Program-made: the position numbers and the translations under genes
Source of the DNA: Nonlabens ponticola
GTDB lineage: Bacteria > Bacteroidota > Bacteroidia > Flavobacteriales > Flavobacteriaceae
NCBI RefSeq assembly: GCF_003966335.1
Contig: NZ_CP034549.1
Span: 2,250,001-2,282,000, forward strand
DNA length: 32,000 bases
Direction of reading: 5' to 3'
Notes under the pieces: generated by a model
Seen by the model: the letters and a program-made list of their open reading frames with translations, nothing else
Told to the model about the DNA's origin: nothing
Databases searched by the model: none
Shown here: positions 1-11,008 of the stretch, piece after piece
How positions within the stretch are numbered: the first letter of the stretch is position 1
Layout: the number at the start of each line of letters is the position of its first letter

Positions 1-1962
1 CGGTGGATCATAGGTTCCAGGACCCAGCGATCTTGTTCTAAAGGCACGAACGCTATAGGCGCCACCTGAGAAATATTGCTTACTGAAGGGCATCACATCG
101 CTATTGCCATAAGGCTTACCTAATCCCGCAAAAAACCTCGTGGCGATACGGCTATCCTCACTTAATAGATAGTGGTACCTAAAATCGACATCTGCCTTGA
201 CGTATTGCGCAAACTCTTGACCAAAAATGGCACCGTTACCTTCATCATTTTCAGGTGCGACCAGACTCAAGCTGTTACCAGCCACATCAAGAATGGTATT
301 GACATAGAACATGCTGCGTCTATCAGTGCGTATCAAACCGTTATAAGTAAATGAATAAATAGAACCTGCGATCAATTGCTGCTCAAAACTGTTGTCAAGA
401 AATGGGTTGTCCATTCTTATTTGCATGAATTCTTCTGACTCGTTTAAAAGATTGACATAGTTAATCGATATTGGATCGAGCTCGTGCGTGACATATTTAT
501 TTGCTTGCCATATGTAACCAAAGTTGGTGGTAAAAGTTAATAAACTATATAACTGGCTGCGTGTCAGTAGATCCACCTCAACTCCTATTTTAGTCTTTGG
601 AACGCTGTAGTCAAAGAAATCTTTATCAAATTTATAAGGGAATAACAGTCGTGGGAAAATGAGATCTGCACCTAAAGCAAACTCTGTACTGGTAAGTCCA
701 GCCTGGTCGCCACTAGCGATTTGCACCTCATAAGCGGCAGTGGCATTAATATTAAGTACTTCACCGCCTTTAAAAAGATTGCGATTTGAAAAGGTGACGC
801 CTAGATTGGGGCCTGCAAAGTCATTTGATTTTGTAACGCCTTGCAGCTCTGCACGTATAGAACGTTTTGATAGCGGTGATAGAAATATGTTTGCCTCGAG
901 AAAATTGAGGCTATCGTTAGCCTCCTCTTTAATCTCATTGTATTCAATATTTACAAATTTGTACGCGCCTATGGTACCCAAACGACGGCTGGTACCTTTT
1001 GATTTTTTGGGACTATATAAATCACCTTCTTCAATGACGATAAATGGATCTAGTCTTTTAGGTTTGAAAAATTCAATATCCTGTATGAAGTTCTTGTCGT
1101 TGTATCTAGTGGTGTCGTGTGCTACAGAATCTGCACCTACAATGTGATGTGGATAAATGTTTACTTTGGATACTTTATACGGCTTCACCGATTTTGAGGG
1201 AACGTCTTTTTTGAGCTTAAGAAATAGATCAAACTTGCGGTTATCGTACTGGTTTGTATCTGCCTGAAAAATTAAAAATCCGGAATTGAAATTATAATAT
1301 CCTTTATTCTTGAGGTTTTGATCAATGCGTTCTCGCTCCAGCTTCATAGCAGATAGATCAAATCGTGAACCTACTTTAATGGGCGATTCCTTAACCTGTG
1401 CTTCCAGCACATCATAAAACGGTATAGAATCTCGATCTACCGTATAGGTTTTCATGGTATAGGGCTGCGGTAGCTGTATATTGTACTTGACGGTAGCTCG
1501 TTGTGCGGCAGTGTCTCGATCGACACCAGATGTAATACCGCTAAAGAAAAAACCGCGATTCTCCAGTCGATTGCGCAATATATCTCGAGTGCCTTCTTCC
1601 TCTACTTGAGAAAGGTAAACCGGTTCCTCGCCTATTTTGCGTTCTAAAAATCTAGAGATAAATCCAGCGCTGTCTTTCTTGACCTTATAATGATAGTATA
1701 AGCCTGGCTGTAGCCCCAAGATTTTTGAATTCGGCTCTGGGTTAAGGACTTTTTGTAGTTCTGCCTTGAGAGCTTTTACATCTTTTACAGTGGCCGCACT
1801 ATCCACATTTACCTCAATTTTGTAAGCGTCTAGTAGCAATTCATCCTCAGGAATATACTTCTGCACATTGCAGGAGGTAAAGAACATAGCAGCAACTACT
1901 ATTGCTAGTACACTTCTAGAAATGGACATCATGTTTATACGTGAATTTATTATGCGTCTCAT
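1..1962 (-). CDS. BamA/TamA-family (Omp85) outer-membrane protein, lipoprotein TamL-like; C-terminus runs off the left edge
   Basis: My own minus-strand translation from ATG 1962 gives MRRIINSRINMMSISRSVLAIVVAAMFFTSCNVQKY... It stays open through base 1 (654 codons). It is absent from the ORF track because there is no stop in the window. It has a signal peptide with a Cys lipobox (FFTSC) and Omp85-like sequence. The ATG abuts the tamB stop (1963-1965). Confidence 0.8.
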   Translation of the reverse strand, partial: MRRIINSRINMMSISRSVLAIVVAAMFFTSCNVQKYIPEDELLLDAYKIEVNVDSAATVKDVKALKAELQKVLNPEPNSKILGLQPGLYYHYKVKKDSAGFISRFLERKIGEEPVYLSQVEEEGTRDILRNRLENRGFFFSGITSGVDRDTAAQRATVKYNIQLPQPYTMKTYTVDRDSIPFYDVLEAQVKESPIKVGSRFDLSAMKLERERIDQNLKNKGYYNFNSGFLIFQADTNQYDNRKFDLFLKLKKDVPSKSVKPYKVSKVNIYPHHIVGADSVAHDTTRYNDKNFIQDIEFFKPKRLDPFIVIEEGDLYSPKKSKGTSRRLGTIGAYKFVNIEYNEIKEEANDSLNFLEANIFLSPLSKRSIRAELQGVTKSNDFAGPNLGVTFSNRNLFKGGEVLNINATAAYEVQIASGDQAGLTSTEFALGADLIFPRLLFPYKFDKDFFDYSVPKTKIGVEVDLLTRSQLYSLLTFTTNFGYIWQANKYVTHELDPISINYVNLLNESEEFMQIRMDNPFLDNSFEQQLIAGSIYSFTYNGLIRTDRRSMFYVNTILDVAGNSLSLVAPENDEGNGAIFGQEFAQYVKADVDFRYHYLLSEDSRIATRFFAGLGKPYGNSDVMPFSKQYFSGGAYSVRAFRTRSLGPGTYDPP

Positions 1963-4900
1963 CTACTGCTTTTCTGGTTGTGAAGAATCGTCATTATTTT
2001 CTTCTTTCAAGGCATCCTTTTTTCTTTGATCCTTCTCGCGCTGCTCTTCTTCTTCTCTTTTAGCCTGTGCGGCTTCTTCTTGAACTGTCTTCTTGAATAG
2101 ATTAGAGAATTTGTTGAACTCTCTCGTAAAAATGACTGATATACCACTAATGACTAGTTGACCGTCGATGATGTTATCAAATTCATTGCGACGGAAACCT
2201 CTCAACTTCCACTTACCTTGTGGCGTTAACAGGTATTGAATATTCACATTACCTAAAACGGGCGCCCTATCGTTATCGCTAGAATTACCTTCTACACCTA
2301 CATCAGTACCTACACTTACAATCAATCTATCATCCAGAAGTTTCTTGCTGGCGCTTACTTCAAGGTCTGTACGTTGCTGGCTACCACCACCAGAATAATC
2401 TGTATAACTGTCCAAACCAAAGTTGAGTTCTACACCAGTATTGCCCAATAACTTACCGCCAAATTGATTTAATTGATCACTCAAAGCCTGATTGATGTTG
2501 TCACGCGCTATAGAAGCCGTACCACCACCAGCACCATCTGATCCACGAGTAGGGAAAAACTTATTGAGCACCAATAGAGAAAATACCTGCTTATTAAGTT
2601 CCTGCTCTTGCGAATTGAGTTGTTGCACCGTACCATAAACCTCGCCGCCGGCATAGCCCTGTGCATCTTCAGGCATGTCAAGTTTAAAGCTAATTTCAGG
2701 GGTCATGAGTTGACCATCGACATCTAGATAAACGAGAAAATCAAGTTCTTGCCTATAGATGGTATTGGTACCTAGATCTGCGCCACTGGTTCTTGCTGCC
2801 ATTAGCGGGCTGGCACTTGTCTCTATATCATAAACTGCGCGTACATCCATATTTGCGTCAAATGGATCGCCAGACCAGGAAACCGTACTACCCTTTTGTA
2901 AACTAAAACGGCGGTTCACAATCTCATAAAGACTTAGCTCATAGCCACCTTCTTCAACCGTGTACAATCCTGCCAGTGTTAAGCGACCATTGGGATACAT
3001 GTGAAATTGAAGATCTGCCTTACCAGACACTTGAAGATTGTCACCAGTATTGGGATCAACAATAATATTGAGCTTTGCGCCTTCGGTAACTTGGATATTT
3101 GCTTCAATGTCAAACCCTGTGACAACCGCACTTTCATCTTCAGTTTGGGTGAGTATGGCATCGGGATTTTCCTTATTTACAAACTGTACTATACCATCGC
3201 GCTGAACTAGATTAACCTCTGCAGCAGGAATGACATAGGTAAAGTCAGTCTCGTCGTCAATTTTAATTCTACCATCAACTATTGGAATGGCCAGGTCACC
3301 CTTAATAGTGGCGCTTGCGTCAAATGTTGCCTTACCATAATATAGATCATTGTCCTCACTACTAGAATCAAGAGCTGTAAATTGGTTTGCCTCTACTGAA
3401 AGATTAAATGTTGGGTTGATCAAATTTTCTGTGCCTATGAAACCGTCCACATTAATGTCATGATCTTCCTCGTCCTTGATTGTAAAATTGTTGAGCGTCA
3501 CACCATCATTATCTAGATTGATAGACTCGTTGTCTATATGATACGGCGCGTTGAGCATGCTTACTGTAAAAGCAGTCTCGTTAAAATTCAAATCACCTTG
3601 ATAAATGGGTTCTACAGTAGTACCTGTCAATGAAATGTTACCAGACAAGTAGCCACTACCATCTTCTAGAAATTCCTGCGAAAGACCAGCGATGGTTTCC
3701 ATATTGATCCTGCGCATTTGCAGTTCCATATCAAGTTGTGCGGCATTTTCATCTGCCACGTATCCACCTATCAACTCTACATCTACATTATCGCCTTGTA
3801 CCAGCAAATCAAGATCATAGGTTCCATTACCATTTGACGATGCGTCAAGATCTAATTGACCTAATGGTGTTTCAAGCGCTGTCAAATCTGTAATAGTGAG
3901 ATCTGCTACTATACCAATAGCGCCGAATAGGTCTTCAAAAATCACCTCGCCATTCATGGTTCCCGTAGCGATCTTCTCATCTGGATTGAGGTAGCTGAGA
4001 ATTGACTGTAATTTAAAATTTTCCAGCAGCAATCCTAGGTGATCTACTTCTTCCTGCGGTAGGTCTGTTCGCAATTCAATGGATTGCGCATTATTAGAAA
4101 GCCTAAAATTGCGAGCCTTGAGCTTACTCTCGCCATAGGCTAGCTCGTTATCTTCGGCAATTGTCCAGTTTTTCTTGTTTAGGATGAAATCGTCCAGCGA
4201 TAAATTAAATATCAAGTTATCAATTCCTTGTATGTCACGCTTTCGCGAAAGCTTACTCGCCACGTGCATTAATCGCTCCTCACCATCATAACTGGTAAAA
4301 TCAAGATCTAGAACATTTTGTGAAACTTTACCGTTGAGAGTTGTGCGCTGTACATCTAGAGGATCAAATTTCATCCCTTTGAATGCGATGTCAAAGCCTA
4401 GACTCTGCTCGTCTGATTGAGATTTAATAATCAGACTATCAATCTCGCTGCCTGCATATTTTACATAGGGTACGACGATATCACTGGAAAGTTTGCGTGC
4501 CTGCTCGTCAAAGTTTACCGCAAGAGTTATGGTGTCCAATGACTGCAATTGCGGTAGGATCACGTCACGCAATATGGGTGCTGGCGTGATACTACCCTTA
4601 ATTTTCATTTTGACTGGTTGAGCAGTATCGTTAGGTATCTCGTCTCTTAAATAGCGATCCACATGCCTACCTAAAGCGGCTATCAATGAAGATGGATCTG
4701 TATTTGAACGCAGCTCTAGATCCAGCATTCTATTGGCGACGTCCATAGATGTACTATCAGTACGCACGTATGCATCAATATCGACATCACCCAATAAATA
4801 AGACTGGTTGTCAAACACAGCGATACCTTCTTCAATATTTGAGCTTACCGTGTAGTTAGTGGCATCGCCCTCAAAAAAGGCGTAAATTTCTCCAGCGGCT

Positions 4901-7107
4901 TTTACATTTTGGTTGGTAATCCCAAAGGCATTGAGATCGATACCTTCAATGATCAATTCAAGATTAGCCTGACTGGCGATACTGTCCAGCGCGACGATAG
5001 CCTCAAGATTTGCGTTGATGTTGTCATCCTTATAAGAAGAGGTCAATTCGCCTTCACCGTTTTCAATCTCACCTTTTAGCGGCAAGTTTTTAATCTCGTA
5101 ATCTTTGTAAGTAAAACTCGTGACAGTAGCATCAAGCGTTGCGTCCAAAGTATTTATGGTCGTTCCTGATCCTTCTGTATCTAGTTCTAGATTTAAAATT
5201 CCTAGCTGCTCGTTTTGCAAAATGTTTCCTAGATTGAGCTCTATAACTTGCATATCTGCAGCAAAAGCAATGGTTTTTGTATTCTTGTAATTTCCTTTTA
5301 ATTCTACGTTACCTTCGGTAGTGGCTAGTGTTGCCACAGCGTCCATGTTTTGTAACGTTCCTTGAACGTCAGCAACAAGGCTTACATTTTCTGGATACTT
5401 CACACCCGATTCTTGCTCGTCCATGAACGTATTCAGGTCCGCGCGATTGGTTTTGATCTGCGCTCTAGGAAAGTTGACAAACAGATTATCAGGATCCATG
5501 GCGTTTTGCACATTACCAGATGCCGATACAGTTGTATTGTTGCCCCAAGTCAAATTGAAACTAGGTATCTGCATGTCCCGCGTGGTTCCGCGTGCTTGAA
5601 GGTTTCCACGGACATCACGTTGGGCAAGTTTGGCGAGATATTGATTTTCTCTCAACGCTGGCTGGAACCTAAAAATATCTGCAAGATCAAAAACGTATCT
5701 ATCAAAGTTGACCTGAACTTTTAATTGGTCAGGTTGATTGACTAGCGCATCTAAATCTTTATAAGTTACACGAGCATCACCTTGTAGGATGTTGTTATTA
5801 ATGTGAGCGTCGAGACCTGCAATTGAAACATTTGTTCTGGTGAGCTCGACATTTGCCGCAAATTGCTTGACGTTAATACCAGATGCTTCCTGCATTTGTA
5901 ATTCTTCCAATTCTAATTGTGCGCTGTCGTCACCCAATTTGATAATCGGCGAGATTAGATTGAATCCTTTTACATCAATCGCATTAGGATTGAAAGTTCC
6001 TTGAGTGGGTTGCTGATTGTTAACATTATACTCAAGGTTGTTGTTTACCAGGTTCAAATCCTGTAGATCGATTCTTATATCTGGCCATTCAAAACCCTGT
6101 GCATCTGGCTTGTCGCCATCATCTTGAGGATCTGTATCATTATCTACTAACGAATCCTGCATGACGATTTTGACATTGGAATCCAGCATATCGAAGTAAG
6201 ACAAGGCATAATCATTCTTGCCTACATCTGCTCTGGTGATTTCGGTCTCTAAGACTTTGAAAAATGAATCAATATTGATTTGATCTGGTACCGACTCATA
6301 TCCCATGAGCACATTGTCCAGTCGTATTTTACCTACCGTGATTTGAGGTTGCGGCGAGTTGTTGGCATCATCTACTAGGGCCTCGCCTATGGTAGTATCG
6401 GTGTTAGGACTGTAATCGGTGGTAGATTGGGTGATTTTGGTTACTGTATCCTTATCGTAAGCGATGATAGCGTCTGCGAGAACAATCTCATCAATGTCAA
6501 TGATCATTTCCTGCAGATCCAGTTTATCCATGGAAAAGTCCAGTGAACCAAATTTGACCAATCCATCAATATCTTGAACCTCATCTTGTAGCGTGATATC
6601 AAAGTCTGTAAAACTCAAATCGCCGATATCCAGCGTTAATGGTTCTGGCGTTGCCGTGGTATCCACAGTCACAAAAGTATCCATCAAAAACTGATAGTTG
6701 AATCCACTTGCGGTGTCCTGTCTCTTGATGCGTGCGACAAGTCCATTCCATTTGGCACTATTGATGGCTATGCCACCACCTTGAATGATGGGTAAAATAG
6801 GAATATCTGCCTCTAAAGATCTTGAATAAACTAAAGTATCGCCTCTTAGATCTTCCAGGTACAATCCATCCAACTGGATATTACCATCGAATGTGATGAA
6901 GAGATGCTCAATGTCAAGATTAGTTCCTGTTTCTTTCTCCACGTACTTGACGGCCTCGCCTACAATGATATTTTGTCCCCAAGGACTGCGTATGAATAGT
7001 AATAATAGAATGAGAAAAATCAGAATACCCAACATCACGCGACCTATGCGTCGCAGCCACCTATACTTCTTAGGCTGGGCAGTTTTCTCTTGTGTCTGTT
7101 CTTCCAA
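1963..7107 (-). CDS. tamB: Translocation and assembly module protein TamB-like (giant periplasm-spanning protein)
   Basis: 1714-aa ORF with a basic stretch plus a single N-terminal TM (KKYRWLRRIGRVMLGILIFLILLLLF). The body is long and beta-rich, with a DUF490-like C-terminus (GKWKLRGFRRNEFDNIIDGQLVISGISVIFTREF). It is directly followed by an Omp85 gene. The start is TTG; the basic residues before the TM argue against the internal ATG. Confidence 0.8.
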   Translation of the reverse strand: MEEQTQEKTAQPKKYRWLRRIGRVMLGILIFLILLLLFIRSPWGQNIIVGEAVKYVEKETGTNLDIEHLFITFDGNIQLDGLYLEDLRGDTLVYSRSLEADIPILPIIQGGGIAINSAKWNGLVARIKRQDTASGFNYQFLMDTFVTVDTTATPEPLTLDIGDLSFTDFDITLQDEVQDIDGLVKFGSLDFSMDKLDLQEMIIDIDEIVLADAIIAYDKDTVTKITQSTTDYSPNTDTTIGEALVDDANNSPQPQITVGKIRLDNVLMGYESVPDQINIDSFFKVLETEITRADVGKNDYALSYFDMLDSNVKIVMQDSLVDNDTDPQDDGDKPDAQGFEWPDIRIDLQDLNLVNNNLEYNVNNQQPTQGTFNPNAIDVKGFNLISPIIKLGDDSAQLELEELQMQEASGINVKQFAANVELTRTNVSIAGLDAHINNNILQGDARVTYKDLDALVNQPDQLKVQVNFDRYVFDLADIFRFQPALRENQYLAKLAQRDVRGNLQARGTTRDMQIPSFNLTWGNNTTVSASGNVQNAMDPDNLFVNFPRAQIKTNRADLNTFMDEQESGVKYPENVSLVADVQGTLQNMDAVATLATTEGNVELKGNYKNTKTIAFAADMQVIELNLGNILQNEQLGILNLELDTEGSGTTINTLDATLDATVTSFTYKDYEIKNLPLKGEIENGEGELTSSYKDDNINANLEAIVALDSIASQANLELIIEGIDLNAFGITNQNVKAAGEIYAFFEGDATNYTVSSNIEEGIAVFDNQSYLLGDVDIDAYVRTDSTSMDVANRMLDLELRSNTDPSSLIAALGRHVDRYLRDEIPNDTAQPVKMKIKGSITPAPILRDVILPQLQSLDTITLAVNFDEQARKLSSDIVVPYVKYAGSEIDSLIIKSQSDEQSLGFDIAFKGMKFDPLDVQRTTLNGKVSQNVLDLDFTSYDGEERLMHVASKLSRKRDIQGIDNLIFNLSLDDFILNKKNWTIAEDNELAYGESKLKARNFRLSNNAQSIELRTDLPQEEVDHLGLLLENFKLQSILSYLNPDEKIATGTMNGEVIFEDLFGAIGIVADLTITDLTALETPLGQLDLDASSNGNGTYDLDLLVQGDNVDVELIGGYVADENAAQLDMELQMRRINMETIAGLSQEFLEDGSGYLSGNISLTGTTVEPIYQGDLNFNETAFTVSMLNAPYHIDNESINLDNDGVTLNNFTIKDEEDHDINVDGFIGTENLINPTFNLSVEANQFTALDSSSEDNDLYYGKATFDASATIKGDLAIPIVDGRIKIDDETDFTYVIPAAEVNLVQRDGIVQFVNKENPDAILTQTEDESAVVTGFDIEANIQVTEGAKLNIIVDPNTGDNLQVSGKADLQFHMYPNGRLTLAGLYTVEEGGYELSLYEIVNRRFSLQKGSTVSWSGDPFDANMDVRAVYDIETSASPLMAARTSGADLGTNTIYRQELDFLVYLDVDGQLMTPEISFKLDMPEDAQGYAGGEVYGTVQQLNSQEQELNKQVFSLLVLNKFFPTRGSDGAGGGTASIARDNINQALSDQLNQFGGKLLGNTGVELNFGLDSYTDYSGGGSQQRTDLEVSASKKLLDDRLIVSVGTDVGVEGNSSDNDRAPVLGNVNIQYLLTPQGKWKLRGFRRNEFDNIIDGQLVISGISVIFTREFNKFSNLFKKTVQEEAAQAKREEEEQREKDQRKKDALKEENNDDSSQPEKQ
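4239..4252. repeat. Dispersed palindrome GCTTTCGCGAAAGC, copy 1 (inside tamB, read as LSRKR)
   Basis: Exact 14-mer read directly from the sequence. The TamB peptide here is ...ASKLSRKRDIQ... Confidence 0.95.
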
Positions 7108-7220
7108 TTTTAGGGTTCTAGGCGGTTGTAAAGGTTTGACTTTGCAAATTGCTAATTAACTAACGTTCAGACCGCTTTGAACAGGATAAAATTGTGTTAA
7201 TAAATGAGAGAGGCTGAAAC

Positions 7221-7247
7221 AAAAAAAGCCGCAGCAAGTGCGGCTTT
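7221..7247 (-). terminator. Rho-independent terminator downstream of icmF
   Basis: AGCCGCA (7227-7233) pairs with TGCGGCT (7239-7245) across a 5-nt loop. On the minus strand the stem is followed by a run of 7 T (A-run 7221-7227 on plus). Confidence 0.7.
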
Positions 7248-7314
7248 AATAGTGCAAAAATGAAATCTCTACCCACCAAAAAGTTTGCAGGTCTATAAAA
7301 GTTTTACTGGTCAA

Positions 7315-7336
7315 ACACTTCGGCTACGCTCAGTGT
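7315..7336. repeat. Small hairpin ACACT-N12-AGTGT with loop GAGCGTAGCCGA (minus sense), REP-like
   Basis: 5-bp stem and 12-nt loop in the icmF/tamB intergenic region. From memory, the loop resembles the GAGCGnAGnCGA loops of hairpin repeats common in Bacteroidota. There is only one copy in this window. Confidence 0.3.
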
Positions 7337-7378
7337 AAGCGATCTCCAAGGTTTTGCAGAGCAAAGTCAAGAGTCTTC

Positions 7379-10300
7379 TTACATATTACGCCTATACTGC
7401 CCACCTACTTCAAACAACGCCTCGGTGATCTGGCCTAGCGTACAGACTTTTGTAGCTTCCATCAAGTGTTCAAAGATGTTTTCTTGTTGTACTGCAGCTT
7501 GTTGTATGCTGGATAACTGTTGCTGTTGCGCTTTCGCGAAAGCGGAATGCAAACCATTTTTTGTAGCAATTTGTGCTTGCTTTTCCTCTTCTGTGGCGCG
7601 TATGACCTCAGCAGGTAAAACCGTTGGGCTACCTTTTGAACTCAAGAACGTGTTCACACCAATGATTGGGAACTCGCCTGTGTGTTTCAACATCTCGTAG
7701 TGCATAGATTCTTCCTGAATCTTGCTGCGCTGATACATGGTTTCCATCGCGCCCAGCACGCCGCCACGCTCTGTGATGCGATCAAATTCCTGCAGGACAG
7801 CATTCTCAACTAATTCTGTCAACTCTTCAATGATAAAAGCTCCTTGGATTGGGTTCTCGTTTTTGGTGAGACCCAACTCTTTGTTGATGATCAACTGGAT
7901 GGCCATCGCACGTCTTACAGATTCCTCAGTAGGTGTGGTAATGGCCTCGTCATAAGCATTGGTATGCAATGAGTTACAGTTGTCATTGATAGCGTAAAGT
8001 GCTTGCAATGTCGTCCTGATATCGTTAAAATCAATCTCTTGTGCGTGCAATGATCTACCACTGGTCTGAATATGGTATTTCAACATCTGCGCTCGCGGAT
8101 TTGCACCGTACTTGTGCTTCATGGCTTTGGCCCAAATCTTACGCGCCACACGACCTATCACAGAATATTCTGGATCGATACCATTTGAGAAGAAGAAACT
8201 CAGGTTAGGACCAAATTTATTGATGTCCATACCACGGCTCAGGTAATACTCTACATAGGTAAATCCATTAGCCAGCGTGAACGCCAGCTGCGTAATCGGA
8301 TTTGCTCCAGCCTCGGCAATGTGATAACCAGAAATCGACACACTATAGAAATTGCGTACTTTTTCTTCAATAAAATATTCCTGAACGTCACCCATGAGAC
8401 GAAGTGCAAATTCGGTCGAGAAAATACAGGTATTTTGCGCCTGATCTTCTTTTAAAATATCTGCCTGTACCGTACCGCGCACTTGAGCTAGCGTTTCTTT
8501 CTTGATGCGATCATAATTTGCCGCATCCAGAACTTGGTCTCCAGTAAGACCTAACAACATAAGGCCTAAACCATCGTTGCCTTCTGGCAGTTTGCTGGTA
8601 TCTACAGATCCGTTTTTAGAATATACTTTATCGCCATCAGCATTGAGATATGATGGACGATCTACATTATTATCGTCATAGACCTCCTTGAGCTTTGCTT
8701 CTACTCGATCGCCTAAATCATTTTCTTTGATAAAGCGCTCACAATTCTGATCTATGGCAGCATTCATAAAGAAACCTAGCAACATAGGCGCTGGCCCGTT
8801 GATGGTCATCGATACAGATGTCATGGGATGAGACAAATCAAATCCAGAATAGAGCTTTTTGGCATCATCCAGACAGCAAATGCTTACACCTGCATTACCG
8901 ATTTTACCATAAATATCTGGTCTCAAACCTGGATCATTACCATAAAGCGTGACACTATCAAAGGCTGTACTCAAACGCTTTGCGGGCATCCCTAAACTCA
9001 CATAGTGAAAACGCCTGTTGGTACGTTCTGGGCCGCCTTCTCCTGCAAACATTCTTGTAGGATCCTCGCCAGTACGTTTGAACGGATACAATCCTGCGGT
9101 ATAAGGAAACTCGCCCGGAACATTTTCCTGTAAACACCACTTGAGAATATCACCCCAAGCGCTGTATTTAGGTAAGGCTACTTTTGGTATTGGCTGGTGT
9201 GATAAGGACTCTGTATGCGTCTCAATCTTGATGACTTTATCACGCACCTTGAATTCATAAATAGGCTGCTTGTATTTATTGACCTTATCATCCCAAGTAG
9301 TGATAATTTCCCAATTGTAGGGATCTAGATCTTTGAGCGTTTTGTTGAATTGGGCAACTAATAAAGTGATGAGTTCAGAGTTATGAGTTAAGAGTAAATC
9401 CTCATTCAATCCTTTTTCAGCTAGTAACTCTGAACTTTGAACTCCAAACTCTGAACTTAAAACGGCCTGAATAGTCTTGTAAACACCATATAACTTCTGA
9501 GCAACCTCTGCTTGTACACTTGTTGTGTTATCATAAGCTCTGTTGCTTTCGGCAATCTCGCTTAGGTATCGTGTGCGCGCTGGTGGAATAACAAATATCT
9601 TCTCGCTTTGCTCCTTGATCAAATCTTGAGTTGGCGTGAGATCGACACCAGTCTTTTTGGTGACTTCCAGCATGAGCGACTCATATAAAGCGTTCATTCC
9701 CGGATCGTTAAATTGGCTTGCGATCGTTCCATAAACCGGCAAGGTTTCTGGATCTGCTTCCCAAAGATTGTGATTGCGCTGATATTGCTTCTTTACATCT
9801 CGCAACGCATCCAGTGATCCACGTTTGTCGAACTTGTTGATGGCAACCAGATCAGCAAAATCAAGCATGTCGATTTTTTCTAGCTGTGTAGCGGCACCAA
9901 ATTCTGGTGTCATTACATACAATGAGACATCGCTGTGTTCTAAAATCTCAGTATCGCTTTGCCCAATACCGCTAGTTTCAAGGATAATCAGATCATAGTC
10001 TGCAGCCTTGAGCACATCTACTGCTTCTTGAACGTGTTTGGAAAGTGCGAGATTGGATTGTCGTGTTGCCAATGATCTCATGTAAACACGATCGTTATTG
10101 ATGGCGTTCATTCTAATACGGTCTCCTAGGAGCGCGCCGCCAGTCTTACGTTTTGATGGGTCAACCGATATGATCCCGATATTTTTCTCTGGGAAATCAA
10201 TAAGAAATCTGCGTATCAATTCGTCAACTAGTGATGATTTTCCCGCACCACCAGTTCCTGTGATCCCTAATACAGGTGCTTGCTTTGGTGTTTTGTCTGC

Positions 10301-10861
10301 TTCGACAAAGTGTTTTTCAAAATCCTCATGACGATTCTCTGCCAATGATATCAATCTAGCAATTGTAGGCACGTGGTTTTGCAGTAATTCTCCATTTAAT
10401 TGCGCTTTCGCGAAAGCGGGAACTTCAACATCACACTGCTTGACCAAATCATTGATCATTCCCTGCAAGCCCATCTCACGACCATCGTCTGGACTGTAGA
10501 TGCGCGTGATGCCGTAATCCATGAGTTCTTTTATCTCCGATGGCAAGATCACGCCGCCGCCGCCGCCAAAAATCTTAATATGACCAGCGCCTTTCTCTTG
10601 CAGCAGATCATACATATATTTAAAGTACTCATTATGACCACCTTGATAAGAGGTCATCGCAATACCATTGGCATCTTCCTGAATGGCAGTATTGACAACT
10701 TCTTCTACACTCCTATCGTGACCTAGGTGAATCACCTCACAACCAGTGGATTGTATGATGCGTCGCATGATATTAATCGCTGCATCATGACCGTCAAATA
10801 GACTGGCAGCCGTAACGATTCTTACTTTGTTTTTAGGGATGTAGGGTGTTTGATCTTGCAT
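7379..10861 (-). CDS. icmF: Fused isobutyryl-CoA mutase (B12-binding domain + MeaB-like GTPase + mutase barrel)
   Basis: 1160 aa. N-terminal B12-binding domain with DxHxxG (FDGHDAAIN). Central G-protein P-loop GTGGAGKSS. Long C-terminal methylmalonyl-CoA-mutase-like domain. This three-part architecture is diagnostic for IcmF. Confidence 0.9.
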   Translation of the reverse strand: MQDQTPYIPKNKVRIVTAASLFDGHDAAINIMRRIIQSTGCEVIHLGHDRSVEEVVNTAIQEDANGIAMTSYQGGHNEYFKYMYDLLQEKGAGHIKIFGGGGGVILPSEIKELMDYGITRIYSPDDGREMGLQGMINDLVKQCDVEVPAFAKAQLNGELLQNHVPTIARLISLAENRHEDFEKHFVEADKTPKQAPVLGITGTGGAGKSSLVDELIRRFLIDFPEKNIGIISVDPSKRKTGGALLGDRIRMNAINNDRVYMRSLATRQSNLALSKHVQEAVDVLKAADYDLIILETSGIGQSDTEILEHSDVSLYVMTPEFGAATQLEKIDMLDFADLVAINKFDKRGSLDALRDVKKQYQRNHNLWEADPETLPVYGTIASQFNDPGMNALYESLMLEVTKKTGVDLTPTQDLIKEQSEKIFVIPPARTRYLSEIAESNRAYDNTTSVQAEVAQKLYGVYKTIQAVLSSEFGVQSSELLAEKGLNEDLLLTHNSELITLLVAQFNKTLKDLDPYNWEIITTWDDKVNKYKQPIYEFKVRDKVIKIETHTESLSHQPIPKVALPKYSAWGDILKWCLQENVPGEFPYTAGLYPFKRTGEDPTRMFAGEGGPERTNRRFHYVSLGMPAKRLSTAFDSVTLYGNDPGLRPDIYGKIGNAGVSICCLDDAKKLYSGFDLSHPMTSVSMTINGPAPMLLGFFMNAAIDQNCERFIKENDLGDRVEAKLKEVYDDNNVDRPSYLNADGDKVYSKNGSVDTSKLPEGNDGLGLMLLGLTGDQVLDAANYDRIKKETLAQVRGTVQADILKEDQAQNTCIFSTEFALRLMGDVQEYFIEEKVRNFYSVSISGYHIAEAGANPITQLAFTLANGFTYVEYYLSRGMDINKFGPNLSFFFSNGIDPEYSVIGRVARKIWAKAMKHKYGANPRAQMLKYHIQTSGRSLHAQEIDFNDIRTTLQALYAINDNCNSLHTNAYDEAITTPTEESVRRAMAIQLIINKELGLTKNENPIQGAFIIEELTELVENAVLQEFDRITERGGVLGAMETMYQRSKIQEESMHYEMLKHTGEFPIIGVNTFLSSKGSPTVLPAEVIRATEEEKQAQIATKNGLHSAFAKAQQQQLSSIQQAAVQQENIFEHLMEATKVCTLGQITEALFEVGGQYRRNM
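7530..7543. repeat. Dispersed palindrome copy 2 (inside icmF, read as AFAKA)
   Basis: Exact 14-mer, extending to the 16-bp palindrome CGCTTTCGCGAAAGCG at 7529-7544. Peptide ...[11 protein letters not shown]... Confidence 0.95.
10404..10417. repeat. Dispersed palindrome copy 3 (inside icmF, read as AFAKA)
   Basis: Exact 14-mer, a 16-bp palindrome at 10403-10418. Peptide ...[11 protein letters not shown]..., in the linker between the B12 and GTPase domains. Confidence 0.95.
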
Positions 10862-10886
10862 TGCGATATCTTCAATTTAAGTGCTG

Positions 10887-10894
10887 CAAAATTA
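10887..10894 (-). promoter_or_regulatory. Putative Bacteroidota -7 box TAATTTTG for icmF
   Basis: The minus strand reads TAATTTTG (consensus TAnnTTTG) 25 nt upstream of the icmF ATG. A TTTG lies about 23 nt further upstream. Confidence 0.4.
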
Positions 10895-11008
10895 CGAAAA
10901 CGATAGCGTAATATTTTCAAAACACCACGGTTTTAAGGCAGTCTTACCATCTGAAAAATCCTACACGTCGCTAGGTGCTTTTTAAGATAACCGCAACATT
11001 GTGAAACC

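Noticed and set aside
172-1147. Plus-strand ORFs 172-354 and 740-1147 from the track
   Set aside because: They lie antisense inside the long Omp85/TamL-like reading frame, which is open over all 654 codons. Their low-complexity S/L/R-rich translations are typical of shadow ORFs.
2979-7159. Short ORFs within or antisense to tamB (2979-3161, 3001-3210, 5362-5724, 6893-7159)
   Set aside because: They are fully embedded in the 1714-aa TamB frame, have no recognisable motifs, and show shadow-ORF composition.
7425-10726. Plus-strand ORFs inside icmF (7425-7700, 7737-7955, 10098-10331, 10400-10726) and the minus-strand alternative-frame ORF 8958-9140
   Set aside because: They are antisense to, or out of frame with, a very confidently identified IcmF gene. 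Several exist only because the palindrome and GC-rich codons lack stops.
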